DNA from: Acutalibacteraceae bacterium
GTDB lineage: Bacteria; Bacillota; Clostridia; Oscillospirales; Acutalibacteraceae
Direction: 5' to 3'
Length of the DNA stretch: 58,469 bases
Assembly: GCA_045600765.1 (NCBI GenBank)
Contig: JAZRYM010000048.1
Location: 1 to 58,469, forward strand
Shown: positions 16,716 through 26,716 of the stretch, piece after piece
Layout of the letters: every line of letters begins with the position of its first letter
Numbering within the stretch: position 1 is the first letter of the stretch
Translations under genes and position numbers: made by a program
The notes under the pieces: generated by a model
What the model saw: only the letters and a program-made list of their open reading frames with translations
What the model was told of the DNA's origin: nothing
Database searches by the model: none

Positions 16716-17765
16716 TCAATCTTGCTCGTTGCGCTTCAACTGTCCGCAGGATGCGCTGATATCCGCGCCGAGCGTGCGCCGCACCGTTACGGGTATTCCG
16801 CGGGCGGCCAAAATATCCGAAAACGCTTTCAGGCGTTCGGCTTTACTGCGTTTGTGGTCTTTCCCCCGCACCTCGTTCGCGGGAATCAAATTGACGTGGC
16901 ATAACATCCCTTTGAGTTTGCTCGCCAGTTCGCGCGCGCAGGCATCCGAGTCGTTCACCCCGTCAATCATCGCGTATTCAAACGAGATACGCCGCGAGGT
17001 GGCGTTTGCGTAGTCGCGACAAGCGGACAACAGTTCGTCCACCGACCATCGCTTGGCAACCGGCATCATCTGCCGCCGCAAGGCGTCGTTCGGCGCGTGA
17101 AGCGACACCGAAAGGGTCAACCCCAAATTTTCCTCCTGCAAGCGGCGGATTTTGTCCACCAGCCCACACGTGGAAAGGGATACGTGCCGCATACCGATAT
17201 GTACGCCGCCCTCCTCCGACAGCATCTGCAAAAAGCGCAACACGTTGTCGTAGTTATCAAGCGGCTCGCCCATACCCATCAGCACAATGTGGGACACCCG
17301 CACGTTTTGTTCCGCTTCGGCGGCTTCCGCGGCCTCAATTTGGGCAATCATTTCGGAGGGGAGCAAGTTACGGACAAGCCCCTCCATTCCGGTGGCGCAA
17401 AAGGAGCATCCCATCCGGCACCCGACCTGCGTTGATAAACATTGCGACCAGCCGTGTTTGTAGTGCATCAGCACCGATTCCACCACTTCGCCGTCCGACA
17501 GACGAAAAAGATATTTCACCGTGCCGTCAATCGCGGAAACAAAGCGTTTTTCCACCGTGACGGACGGCACCACGCACCGTTCTTTGAGGAACGCGCGCAG
17601 GTCGGCGGGCAGGTTTTGCATCGTGTCAAAATCGGTGACACCGCGGTCTAAAAAGGAGCGAATTTGTTTCGCGCGAAAAGCGGGAAACCCCGCCTCGGTC
17701 ACAAGCGCGGTCAATGCGGCGGCGGTCATGGATTTGACGTCGCGTTTTTTCATCGTTTCATCCAT
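16716..17765 (-). CDS. rlmN: 23S rRNA/tRNA (adenine-C2)-methyltransferase RlmN (radical SAM)
   Basis: CRMGCSFCATG radical-SAM cluster, MGMGEPLDN, and a C-terminal catalytic Cys (SASCGQL). The start could alternatively be MKKRDV at 17753. Confidence 0.93.
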   Translation of the reverse strand: MDETMKKRDVKSMTAAALTALVTEAGFPAFRAKQIRSFLDRGVTDFDTMQNLPADLRAFLKERCVVPSVTVEKRFVSAIDGTVKYLFRLSDGEVVESVLMHYKHGWSQCLSTQVGCRMGCSFCATGMEGLVRNLLPSEMIAQIEAAEAAEAEQNVRVSHIVLMGMGEPLDNYDNVLRFLQMLSEEGGVHIGMRHVSLSTCGLVDKIRRLQEENLGLTLSVSLHAPNDALRRQMMPVAKRWSVDELLSACRDYANATSRRISFEYAMIDGVNDSDACARELASKLKGMLCHVNLIPANEVRGKDHKRSKAERLKAFSDILAARGIPVTVRRTLGADISASCGQLKRNEQD

Positions 17766-19134
17766 CGTCCGGGCCGCCTTTCTTCTGAAATCCGGCGATA
17801 TAAAACCCGTCGCTTCCCGTCACAAAGGGAAAGAGGGTAATTTCGTGGCTTGGCGCTATTCCGCAAAGGGCAAACAGTTCCGGCACGGGCAACTCTCGCG
17901 GCGAAAATTCCGGATGCTCCCGCAAAAAGCGCGCGGTCTGCTCCTCATTTTCGGCGGGGTTTAGAGTGCAGGTCGAATACTGCAACACGCCGCCGGGCCG
18001 CACCATCGCGGCACTCTGCTCCAAAATGCGGTACTGCAACGCGGGCAGTTCCGACAGCATCGAAAGGTCTTTATAGCGAATTTCCGGCTTGCGGCGAATG
18101 ACGCCGAGCCCGGAACACGGCACGTCGCACAGCACGCGGTCAAACGCGCCGCAAAGCGGTTTCGGGCAAGGAGTCGCCGCATCCCGCACCACCGTTTGCA
18201 CAATGGTCGCGCCCGCTTCCCGCGCGCGCTGTTCCATTCCGTCGCACTTTTGCGGATAGAGGTCGCACGCCAAAATCGAGCCGCGATTTTCCATATATTG
18301 CGCGGCGGTGAGCGTCTTTCCGCCGGGCGCGGCACACACGTCCGCCACCCGTTCGTCGGGCTTTGGAGACAGCGCTTTCACGCACCACCCGGAGGCGACG
18401 TCCTGATAATACCACTTTACGCCTGAAAAATCAAGCATTTTCCGCTCATCGGCGGCATCCACCGTCACGGTGGCAGGCAAATTGTCCGAAAGGGTGAACG
18501 CCACCCCTGCCCGTTCGGCTTCGCGCGCAAACGCTTCAACCGACGTTTGCAGGGTGTTGATTTTCACCGAAACCGGCGGGCGCTCGTTCCAGTTTTCCAC
18601 CAATTTCCGCGCCGTTTCCGCGCCGTACGCACCGGCAAAAAAGTCAAACAGCGGCGGCGGGCACGACACTTTCACGCAAAGTCCGTCGTCGCCGTCGGGA
18701 AGCGCCGCAAACAGCGTATCCCGCTCGCGGTCAATGCCGCGGAGCACCGCGTTGACAAACCCCGCCGCGCGGCTTTGCCCGCACGCTTTGGTCAATTTCA
18801 CCGCCTCGTTCACCGCGGCGGAAACGGGGATTTTATCGCAATAGAGCAGTTGGAACGCACCCACGCGCAGATGTTCGAGCACAAGCGGATGCAACCGTTT
18901 CAGCGGTTGTTTCGACCGCGCCTGCAAAACGTAGTCGAGGGTCAAGCGTCGTTCCTCCACCCCGCGCACGAGATGGGTATACAGCGCCTTTTCCGCCGGT
19001 TTTGCGTCCTTGTACCGTCCGGACAGCGTGTTTTCAATCAAAATGTTGGAGTAGCCGCCGCCCAAATGAAGTTTTTGTAACGTCTCGGCGGCAATTTTGC
19101 GGGCGGAAACCGCCGTTTTTTCCTCTTTCGCCAC
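17758..19134 (-). CDS. rsmB: 16S rRNA (cytosine967-C5)-methyltransferase
   Basis: NusB-like N-terminus, SAM motif DVCAAPGGKT, catalytic DVPCSGLGVIRRKP and YSTCT. Confidence 0.9.
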   Translation of the reverse strand: MAKEEKTAVSARKIAAETLQKLHLGGGYSNILIENTLSGRYKDAKPAEKALYTHLVRGVEERRLTLDYVLQARSKQPLKRLHPLVLEHLRVGAFQLLYCDKIPVSAAVNEAVKLTKACGQSRAAGFVNAVLRGIDRERDTLFAALPDGDDGLCVKVSCPPPLFDFFAGAYGAETARKLVENWNERPPVSVKINTLQTSVEAFAREAERAGVAFTLSDNLPATVTVDAADERKMLDFSGVKWYYQDVASGWCVKALSPKPDERVADVCAAPGGKTLTAAQYMENRGSILACDLYPQKCDGMEQRAREAGATIVQTVVRDAATPCPKPLCGAFDRVLCDVPCSGLGVIRRKPEIRYKDLSMLSELPALQYRILEQSAAMVRPGGVLQYSTCTLNPAENEEQTARFLREHPEFSPRELPVPELFALCGIAPSHEITLFPFVTGSDGFYIAGFQKKGGPDDG

Positions 19135-19208
19135 GTCGGGTTCCCTCCTCGCTTCGTCGGTTCGTAAATTTGCGAAAATTTAGATGTAAAGTCGTTTCGC
19201 TTTACCGA

Positions 19209-20126
19209 TTATCCAACCACCGTGCCGAGCGGCAGGGCATGTCCGCGCCAAAACAGTTCGGCATCCATCGCTTTGCCGCCCTCGATTTGGACGGTGAGCA
19301 GTTGCAGGCTCACGCCGTCGCCGCACGCCACGCAAAGCGGCGTTCCGCTGACGATTTCGCCCGGTTTGCCGTCGGTCGGCTCGCCCACGCGCGTGGCGTG
19401 CACTTTCAGCGTTTTGCCGTTCCACACCGTCTGCGCCGTCGGCCACGGGTTCAAGCCGCGCACCTGGTTGTAAAGTTCAACCGCTTTACGGCTGAAATCC
19501 ATCGGACTGTCCGCTTTGGTGAGCATCGGCGCGTACACGCTCTCGCCCCGCTGCGGGGTTTTGGTAATCGTTCCCGCTTCAAGCCCTTTCAGCGTGTCGG
19601 ACAGTACCTCTGCCCCGTCGGCGGCGAGCGCATCGAACAATTCGCCCGCCGTCATCTCGCCGATTTTGCGGCGGCGTTCGAGCAAAATATCGCCGGTATC
19701 GAGACCCGCATCCATCTGCATCGTGGCAACGCCGCTTTCCTCGTCACCCGCGAGCACCGCCCATTGGATGGGCGCGGCACCGCGAAAACGCGGCAAAAGC
19801 GAGCCGTGCACGTTGACACAGCCGTATTTCGGCAAATCGAGCACCCGTTGCGGGATAATCTTGCCGTACGCCACCACCACGATACAATCGGGCTGTTCGG
19901 CGGCGAGGCGGTCAAACGTCTCATCCGTTTTAAGGGAGGACGGCTGAAACACGGGAATTCCCCGCTCGGTCGCCAACCGTTTGACGGGCGGCGGCGTTAA
20001 AATCTGTTTGCGCCCGACGGCTTTGTCCGCCTGCGTAACGACGAGAGATACCTCGTGCCCATCCGCGAGCAACCGTTCAAGCGACGGGAGCGCAAAATCG
20101 GGCGTTCCCATAAACACAATGCGCAT
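19209..20126 (-). CDS. fmt: Methionyl-tRNA formyltransferase
   Basis: Start set at MRIVFMGTPDFA (ATG 20126). HGSLLPRFRGAAPIQ motif. Confidence 0.93.
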   Translation of the reverse strand: MRIVFMGTPDFALPSLERLLADGHEVSLVVTQADKAVGRKQILTPPPVKRLATERGIPVFQPSSLKTDETFDRLAAEQPDCIVVVAYGKIIPQRVLDLPKYGCVNVHGSLLPRFRGAAPIQWAVLAGDEESGVATMQMDAGLDTGDILLERRRKIGEMTAGELFDALAADGAEVLSDTLKGLEAGTITKTPQRGESVYAPMLTKADSPMDFSRKAVELYNQVRGLNPWPTAQTVWNGKTLKVHATRVGEPTDGKPGEIVSGTPLCVACGDGVSLQLLTVQIEGGKAMDAELFWRGHALPLGTVVG

Positions 20127-20127
20127 A

Positions 20128-20601
20128 TTACCCCTCCGCTTGCAATTCTTCCGGGGTGAGCATTCGGTCGGCACGCTCGGTAAACAAGATGCCGTCGAGG
20201 TGGTCGTTTTCGTGGCAGGCACACCGCGCCATCAAATCTTCGCATTTCAGGCGGTATTCCTTGCCGTTGCGGTCTTGCGCTTTCAAAATCACCTTTTGCG
20301 GGCGGGTAACAACACCCCACTCGTTCGGGCAGGAAAGGCATCCCTCCTGCCCCGTTTGTTCCCCGTGTTTGCCGAGGATGGTGGGGTTAATCGCCTCCAC
20401 AAATCCGTCGCCGGTGTCCATAATAAAGAGGCGGCGCAAAATGCCCACTTGCGGGCCCGCTAAGCCGACACCGTTTGCGGCGGTAAGCGTTTCTTGCATA
20501 TCGTCAAGCAGCTCCCACAGCCGCTCGTTAAACTCGGTAACGGGACGGCACACCTTATGCAGTCCCGGCTCGTCAGACGTTAAAATGTTACGTAATGCCA
20601 T
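20128..20601 (-). CDS. def: Peptide deformylase
   Basis: GVGLAGPQVG, EGCLS and HENDHLDG metal-binding motifs. Confidence 0.95.
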   Translation of the reverse strand: MALRNILTSDEPGLHKVCRPVTEFNERLWELLDDMQETLTAANGVGLAGPQVGILRRLFIMDTGDGFVEAINPTILGKHGEQTGQEGCLSCPNEWGVVTRPQKVILKAQDRNGKEYRLKCEDLMARCACHENDHLDGILFTERADRMLTPEELQAEG

Positions 20602-20622
20602 AGAAATTCCTCCTAAAAGACA

Positions 20623-23088
20623 TCAAAGCATATTGGCGGGATTGACGTCGATAAATGCGGTCACGGTTTTGAATTTCGGATCTTTGCCGAACGCCGTCAA
20701 CAGCGCCGCAAGCATCGCCCGTGTACGTGTGCGGCTGACTCCTTTGAGGAGCAGACGGTAGCGATATTTCCCCGCCGCTTTCGCGACGGTGGCTTTGGTC
20801 GGGTCGAGCGCGATAAGCGGCACATCGCGGTACTCGTTCGTTACCGCCTGCCGCAACCTCTGCAAAAACGTCTCGGCGGCTTCTTTGACGGCGCTTTCCC
20901 GTTCGCCCACAAAGCCGATTTGGAACAAATCGGAAAAGGGCGGATATTTCATCCGATAGCGCGATGCAATCTCCGTCTCGAAAAAGGCGGGATAATCCTG
21001 CGCCGCGGCAAGCGCAATCACGGGATTGTCGGGTGTCATCGTCTGGATAACCGCCGTGCTGTTTGCGTCGCGCCGTCCCGCGCGGCCAATCACCTGCGTC
21101 AGCAGGGAAAACGCCGTTTCATAGGCGCGGTAATCGTCGCCGTAGAGCGCACCGTCGGCAGACAGCACGCCGACCAGCCCCACATCGGGGAAATCGAGTC
21201 CTTTGGCGACCATTTGCGTGCCGACCATAATTCTATATTCTCCGCGCGCAAAGGCGGCGAATTTTTCTTCATAGGAAAAGCGGGACATAGTGGTGTCCGC
21301 GTCCATACGCAACACGGGCACATCGGGAAACAGTTCCGCCAAATCGTCCTCCACCTTTTGGGTGCCCTTGCCGGCGTAGCGGAGCGCTTCTTCCCCACAT
21401 TCCGGGCAAACGGTCGCCCGCGGGCGATGATAGCCGCAGTAGTGGCACATCAGTTGCGCGTTGGCGGCGTGGTACGTCATCGACACCGAGCAGGACGGGC
21501 AGGTCAGCACGTGCCCGCAGTTGCGGCAGGAAACAAAGGTGTGATACCCGCGGCGGTTGAGCAGTAAAATCACCTGCTTACCGGCGGCAAGGCAGGCATC
21601 CATCTCCGCTTTGAGCGCGTCGCCGATAGTGTAACCCGACTCGTCCAGCCGCATATCCGCCACTTTCACGGTGGGCAAGGTTGCCTCGCCGTAGCGGTCG
21701 GTCAACGTGAAGAGGTGCAGTTTCCCCTCCTGCGCGCGGCGGTAAGTATCCACCGACGGGGTCGCGGAGGCGAGCAGTAACAGCGCGTCGTTTTTCGCCG
21801 CGCGGTATTTCGCGACGTCCCGCGCGTGATAGCGGGGAGACGTCTCGGATTTGTAAGTATGTTCCTGTTCCTCATCGAACACGATGAGTCCCAAATTCGG
21901 GAGCGGCGCAAACACCGCCGAGCGCGTGCCCACCACGATTTTGGCATCGCCGCGGCGAATACGTTTCCATTCGTCCATCCGCTCACCAATCGACAGTCCG
22001 CTGTGAAGCACGGCGACGTCCCGCCCGAAACGGCGGATAAAACTGTCGAGCACTTGCGGAGTCAGCGAGATTTCGGGAACGAGCACCAGCGCCCGTTTCC
22101 CGCGGGAGAGCACGTCTTCAATCAGGCGCATATACACCTGCGTTTTGCCGCTTCCCGTCACGCCGTAAAGGAGCGCGGCGGCGGGTTTTCCCTCTCTTGA
22201 CAAAGCGGACAACCCGGAAAAAACCTCTTGCTGTTGGTCGTTGAGAACCACCGGGTCGGCGGTCTTCGCCGTCTCTTTGACGGGCGAACGCAAGCGCTCC
22301 TGCGCGTAAAATTCCACAAGGCCTTTTTTCGCAAGGGTGTTTACCACCGCCGCCGAAGCGACCGCGAAATAGGCGATTTCTTTGAGGGTGGCGCACCCTA
22401 CCTCCGCCAAAAAGTCAAGCACCGCTTTTTGCTTGGCGGTGGGTTTTTGGGCGGCGAGTTTTTCTTCCAACTCCTCGCCGGAAAGGGCGAGCCGCACCAT
22501 CCGCACCGTTGCATCGTTTCCGACCCGTTCGGCGGACACGTCCGCGAACAGCAATCCCTTTTTGATGAGTTTTTCGGGAACGGTGCACGCTTCGGTCAGT
22601 CCGAGCGCTTTGAACAGCGCGCCGCGCTCCAACCCGTCCGCAAACGAGGCGACCTCCGCGAACACGCGGCGTTCCTCCTCCGACAGCGCATCAAGCGTTT
22701 CGGCGGGCACGTCGGTCGCCGCGCGGTAAAGCGGAGTGACCCGCATCGTCAGTCCCGGCGGCAACTGGGTTTTCAGCGCTTCAAACAAGGTGCAAAAGGT
22801 GTGTTCTTTCAGCCACAGCGCCAAATCAAGCATTTCCGCCGAAAAGAGCGGTTGCTCGTCAAGCACCTCCGCCACCGGTTTCAGTTGCGGCACCGGCTGT
22901 TCTTTTTGCACGCTTAAAATGACCGCTTGACGGCGGCGGTTTCCCCCGCCGAACGGCACCAGCACCCGCAACCCCGGTTGCGGCGCAATCGCGCCGTCCT
23001 GCCACAGATAACTGTACGGCTTATCAAAGTGAAATGCGGCGCCTTCCACCGCCGCTGTAACAATCGTCGGCAACTGCACCGCTTTCAC
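20623..23088 (-). CDS. priA: Primosomal replication-restart helicase PriA
   Basis: GVTGSGKT Walker A, DEEQE box, Cys-rich zinc insertion CRNCGHVLTCPSCSVSMTYH...CHYCG...CPECG. Confidence 0.93.
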   Translation of the reverse strand: MKAVQLPTIVTAAVEGAAFHFDKPYSYLWQDGAIAPQPGLRVLVPFGGGNRRRQAVILSVQKEQPVPQLKPVAEVLDEQPLFSAEMLDLALWLKEHTFCTLFEALKTQLPPGLTMRVTPLYRAATDVPAETLDALSEEERRVFAEVASFADGLERGALFKALGLTEACTVPEKLIKKGLLFADVSAERVGNDATVRMVRLALSGEELEEKLAAQKPTAKQKAVLDFLAEVGCATLKEIAYFAVASAAVVNTLAKKGLVEFYAQERLRSPVKETAKTADPVVLNDQQQEVFSGLSALSREGKPAAALLYGVTGSGKTQVYMRLIEDVLSRGKRALVLVPEISLTPQVLDSFIRRFGRDVAVLHSGLSIGERMDEWKRIRRGDAKIVVGTRSAVFAPLPNLGLIVFDEEQEHTYKSETSPRYHARDVAKYRAAKNDALLLLASATPSVDTYRRAQEGKLHLFTLTDRYGEATLPTVKVADMRLDESGYTIGDALKAEMDACLAAGKQVILLLNRRGYHTFVSCRNCGHVLTCPSCSVSMTYHAANAQLMCHYCGYHRPRATVCPECGEEALRYAGKGTQKVEDDLAELFPDVPVLRMDADTTMSRFSYEEKFAAFARGEYRIMVGTQMVAKGLDFPDVGLVGVLSADGALYGDDYRAYETAFSLLTQVIGRAGRRDANSTAVIQTMTPDNPVIALAAAQDYPAFFETEIASRYRMKYPPFSDLFQIGFVGERESAVKEAAETFLQRLRQAVTNEYRDVPLIALDPTKATVAKAAGKYRYRLLLKGVSRTRTRAMLAALLTAFGKDPKFKTVTAFIDVNPANML

Positions 23089-23116
23089 CTCCCGCCTTTC
23101 GGCTGTTTTTTCGTTC

Positions 23117-23317
23117 TTACTCGTTTTCCGGCATCATAATTTTGTAGTCGCCGTCGGTCAAGTCCGCCACGGCGAGACTCACCGGTTTGTCGAGGAGAAT
23201 ACGGCTCTCCTCCTCCGCCTCCGTGGCGATTTCGCGGGCGCGTTTCGCGACACCCACCACCACCGCGTAGCGGCTTTTGTTGCCTTTCAATTTCTCAATG
23301 TCGGTCGGTCTTAACAT
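23117..23317 (-). CDS. rpoZ: DNA-directed RNA polymerase subunit omega
   Basis: 66 aa, SRYAVVVGVAKRAREI core, directly downstream of gmk. Confidence 0.85.
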   Translation of the reverse strand: MLRPTDIEKLKGNKSRYAVVVGVAKRAREIATEAEEESRILLDKPVSLAVADLTDGDYKIMMPENE

Positions 23318-23349
23318 CGTTCGTTCCTCCTGAATATATGAATTTTTGG

Positions 23350-23925
23350 TTACGCATTTTTGATTTCGCTTTCCAGCTCCATAATTTCAATCAAGCGGGT
23401 GGCGGCTTTGTCCACCTCGTCGTTGACCACCAGATAGCGATAGGAATCCTTTTGGGTCAATTCCCACACCGCCCGTTTTAGGCGGCGCTGAATTTTTTCC
23501 TCCGTTTCGGTACCGCGGGAACGCAGGCGGCGCTCCAACTCTTGAAGGGACGGCGAGGCCAAAAAAATCGACACCGCATCGGGGCATTTTTCCACAATCT
23601 GTTTGCCGCCCTGCACCTCAATTTCAAGTACCACGTCGCGGCCGGCTTGCCGTTGTTCCTCCACCCACGCTTTGGGTGTTCCGTAAAAGTTGCCGGCATA
23701 CTCGGCATACTCCAAAAACGCATCGTCGGCAATCGCTTTTGTAAATTCCTCTTTGCTGACAAAGAAGTAGTGCACCCCGTCCACCTCGCCGGGTCGCGGG
23801 TCGCGGGTCGTCATCGACACCGAGACGCACGCGCTTTCGCGCTGTTCCAACACGCGGCGGAGCACCGTACCTTTGCCGCAACCGGACGGGCCGGAAAGCA
23901 CCACCAAAAGTCCTTTGTTTTTCAT
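23350..23925 (-). CDS. gmk: Guanylate kinase
   Basis: P-loop GPSGCGKGT, TTRDPRPGEVDGVHYFF, EIEVQG. Confidence 0.95.
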   Translation of the reverse strand: MKNKGLLVVLSGPSGCGKGTVLRRVLEQRESACVSVSMTTRDPRPGEVDGVHYFFVSKEEFTKAIADDAFLEYAEYAGNFYGTPKAWVEEQRQAGRDVVLEIEVQGGKQIVEKCPDAVSIFLASPSLQELERRLRSRGTETEEKIQRRLKRAVWELTQKDSYRYLVVNDEVDKAATRLIEIMELESEIKNA

Positions 23926-23946
23926 CTGTTTTCCTCTGTTTGTCGT

Positions 23947-24198
23947 TTATTCCTCGGTTTCATCCGCGGCATCGGCGCGGGCACACAGCGTTTCGGGCGA
24001 CAACGCCGACAACACGACGTGGTCGCTGTCCATGATAATCACCGCGCGGGTGCGACGACCGTAGGTCGCGTCAATGAGCATTTTTTGCTCGCGCGCCTCG
24101 GTAATCATCCGCTTAATCGGCGCGGAATCGGGGCTGACAACGCCCACCATCCGCGGTGCGGCAATCATATTGCCAAAACCGACGTTTATCAGTTTCAT
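23947..24198 (-). CDS. remA: DUF370 / RemA-family regulator
   Basis: 83 aa, [12 protein letters not shown]...PIKRMI...[10 protein letters not shown], between yicC and gmk as in Bacillus. Confidence 0.85.
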   Translation of the reverse strand: MKLINVGFGNMIAAPRMVGVVSPDSAPIKRMITEAREQKMLIDATYGRRTRAVIIMDSDHVVLSALSPETLCARADAADETEE

Positions 24199-24216
24199 AC
24201 GGCGTTCCTCCGAACA

Positions 24217-25095
24217 TTATTCGATATTTTGGATTTGCTCGCGGATTTTTTCCAATTCCGCCTTGATATCCACCACCACGCGCGCCAGTTCCAAATCCTG
24301 CGCTTTCGAGCCGGTGGTGTTGGCTTCGCGGTTCATCTCCTGCACGAGGAAGTCAAGTTTTCTGCCGACCGCCTCTTTGGAGTCGAGCAGTTCGTGCAAC
24401 TGGTCAATGTGACTGCGCAGGCGCACCGTTTCTTCCGCCACCGCGATTTTGTCGGCGAACAGTGCCGCTTCGGTCAAAAGGCGGCTTTCGTCCACCGTCG
24501 CGGTGGAGAGCAATTCGCGCATCCGCTTTTCCACTTTTTCCATGTGTTCCTTGACCGTTTGCGGGTTGCGCTCCTCCACAATCGCCACCTTTTCGAGAAT
24601 GGTGTCCGCACGGGAGAGCACGTCCTGTTTCAGTTTTTCGCCCTCTACCTCGCGCATGGTAACAAACCGGTCAATCGCGGCGTTGGCAACCGTTTTTACC
24701 GCTTCCCACACCGCGTCTTCGTCCAGTTCGGCAGGGCGGGTTTTCAGCACGTCGGGCATTCTGGCGAGCGACATCGTGGTGATATCGTCTTTCAGCCCGA
24801 AAGTGTCGCGCAAATCGGTCAGCGCTTCGAGCACCGCTTTGGCATAGGTGTGGTCCACCGTCACCTCGGCGGTGGCATCTCCCGCCGCCTCGATATACAC
24901 CGTCACATCCACCTTACCGCGGGTTACGCGGGACTGCACGAGGTTTTTCAGTTTGTCGTCCAAAAAGTTATACGCGCGCGGCAACCGCGAGCCGTATTCA
25001 AAATAGCGGTGGTTGACGGATTTGAGTTCCACTTGAATGTTCAAACCGCCCACCGTCTGTTGACAGCGACCGTATCCGGTCATACTTCTGACCAT
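24217..25095 (-). CDS. yicC: YicC-family stress-induced protein
   Basis: MVRSMTGYG start, SVNHRY, C-terminal FLVQEMNREANTTGSKA and EQIQNIE signatures. Confidence 0.9.
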   Translation of the reverse strand: MVRSMTGYGRCQQTVGGLNIQVELKSVNHRYFEYGSRLPRAYNFLDDKLKNLVQSRVTRGKVDVTVYIEAAGDATAEVTVDHTYAKAVLEALTDLRDTFGLKDDITTMSLARMPDVLKTRPAELDEDAVWEAVKTVANAAIDRFVTMREVEGEKLKQDVLSRADTILEKVAIVEERNPQTVKEHMEKVEKRMRELLSTATVDESRLLTEAALFADKIAVAEETVRLRSHIDQLHELLDSKEAVGRKLDFLVQEMNREANTTGSKAQDLELARVVVDIKAELEKIREQIQNIE

Positions 25096-25148
25096 ATCTC
25101 ATTCCTGCCTTATTCACAAGATTTTGTTTGCGTGTGAGTATTTGTTCT

Positions 25149-25177
25149 ATTATAACGCGCGCGCGAAAAAATTACAA
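25149..25177 (-). promoter_or_regulatory. Sigma-A type promoter upstream of yicC
   Basis: Minus strand TTGTAA (25177-25172), 17 nt, TATAAT (25154-25149). Confidence 0.6.
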
Positions 25178-25193
25178 GCCCTTTTCGCGTTTT

Positions 25194-26099
25194 TCAGCGG
25201 GAAAATCCGTGTTTTTTCAACACCGCCGCCATATCGTCGGGAAGCGGCGCCGAAACCGCCACCCGTTCTCCCGTTACGGGGTGGGTAAATTCCATCGTTT
25301 CGCAATGGAGCGCGTGGCGCGGCAATACCGTTTCGTCCATGCCATACATCGTGTCTCCCGCCAGCGGAAACCCGATAGAGGACAGATGCACGCGAATTTG
25401 GTGGGTGCGGCCCGTTTCGAGCCACACCCGCAAATAGGAGAGTTCCGCATCGGACGCAAGCACCTCGTAATGGGTCACGCTCGATTTGCCGCCCTCGCCC
25501 ACTTCGCGGGTGATGGTACACCCCTCTTTCACCCGAATGGGCGCATCCACCGTGCCGTCCTCCGGCACCGTTCCGAGCACAATCGCGCGGTATTCTTTTT
25601 GCACATTGCCCGCAAGCGCATAGGTAACGTGGGGATTTTTGCCCGCAAGCAACAGTCCGCTCGTGTTGCGGTCAAGCCGATTGACGGGACGAAAACTGTG
25701 CGGCGTTCCGTTTTGTTCATAATGTGCCACCACCGCGTTTGCGAGCGTCGGCTCGGGTTTCCCCGCCGACGGATGCACCGCGAGATAAGGCGGCTTGTTG
25801 ACAACAAGCAGGTAGTCGTCCTCATATACAATATCAAGCGGCATCGGCGCGCCCTCGATTTTCACCTGCTCCGCGGGCATCGTCAACACCACCGTTTGCC
25901 CCACTCGCACGCGGTCGATACTGCGCACGTGGGCGCCGTCCACCACAATGCCGTTTTCGGCGTGTTTTAAGCGCACCACCATACGCCAGGAGAGACCGCA
26001 CCCGCGGCGCAAAAAGTTTTGCACGGTGTCGCCGTCGTATTCCGACGGCACGGAAAATATCAGCTTTTCTTCCACGGACGTCCCTCCTTTTCTACGCAA
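25194..26099 (-). CDS. RluA-family 23S rRNA pseudouridine synthase (RluD-type, with S4 domain)
   Basis: Catalytic VNRLDRNTSGLLL motif, RTHQIRVHL, N-terminal S4-like segment. Confidence 0.88.
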   Translation of the reverse strand: MRRKGGTSVEEKLIFSVPSEYDGDTVQNFLRRGCGLSWRMVVRLKHAENGIVVDGAHVRSIDRVRVGQTVVLTMPAEQVKIEGAPMPLDIVYEDDYLLVVNKPPYLAVHPSAGKPEPTLANAVVAHYEQNGTPHSFRPVNRLDRNTSGLLLAGKNPHVTYALAGNVQKEYRAIVLGTVPEDGTVDAPIRVKEGCTITREVGEGGKSSVTHYEVLASDAELSYLRVWLETGRTHQIRVHLSSIGFPLAGDTMYGMDETVLPRHALHCETMEFTHPVTGERVAVSAPLPDDMAAVLKKHGFSR

Positions 26100-26141
26100 A
26101 CATACGCAAAACGCAGGAACAAACGTCCCTGCGTAACACGG

Positions 26142-26696
26142 TTATTTCATCGCGCGAAGCGCCTTTTTGAACCGCGGCGAAAGCGCGGTTGCCGCCGCGA
26201 TTTTCACGGCATCAAACGGCAAAAACGGCAGCGCGCAAACCGACAGCGCCGCCAAAAACGACACCTTCGCCGAAAGTGCATATACGAGCGCGCCGACGAG
26301 GTACAAAGCCACCGTTCCGCCGCAAAACGCGCCGCAAAGTGCCGCGCGCGCATCGGTGCGGTCGGATACCGCACCCGCGACCACTACAAGCAAAAGGTAG
26401 CCGAGCAAAAATCCGCCCGTCGGGCCGACAAGTGTTGCCACCCCGCCGCGAAACCCCGCGAATACGGGCACGCCCACCGCGCCGATGAGCAAATATAAGA
26501 GCACCGCAAGCGTACCGCGCTTGCAGCCCGCCGCGCCGCCGATACAGCAAACGGCAAAGGTCGCAAGGGTCACGGGTACCGCGCCGACCGGTACGGTCAG
26601 CGGGCACAACACACACAACACCGCGCACAGCACGGCACACACGGTCATTTCTCTGACCGAGGAATTTCTCTTGTCTGCGGACGATTTTTTCTTCAT
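26142..26696 (-). CDS. bioY: Biotin transporter BioY
   Basis: About 185 aa, 5-6 TM helices, BioY-like PVTLATFAV...GTLAVLLYLLIGAVGVPVFAG...GPTGGFLLGY. Start set at MKKKSS (26696) to avoid overlapping the upstream gene. Confidence 0.8.
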   Translation of the reverse strand: MKKKSSADKRNSSVREMTVCAVLCAVLCVLCPLTVPVGAVPVTLATFAVCCIGGAAGCKRGTLAVLLYLLIGAVGVPVFAGFRGGVATLVGPTGGFLLGYLLLVVVAGAVSDRTDARAALCGAFCGGTVALYLVGALVYALSAKVSFLAALSVCALPFLPFDAVKIAAATALSPRFKKALRAMK

Positions 26697-26716
26697 TTCG
26701 GTAGTGTTCCCGCTGT

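Noticed and set aside
13730-16759. 1,009-aa plus-strand ORF spanning the prkC-prpC region
   Set aside because: It is antisense to two genes with unmistakable kinase and PP2C motifs. Its translation is R/H/G/V/F-rich low complexity with no motifs and no RBS. Long stop-free antisense frames are expected in GC-rich coding DNA, so this is a shadow ORF.
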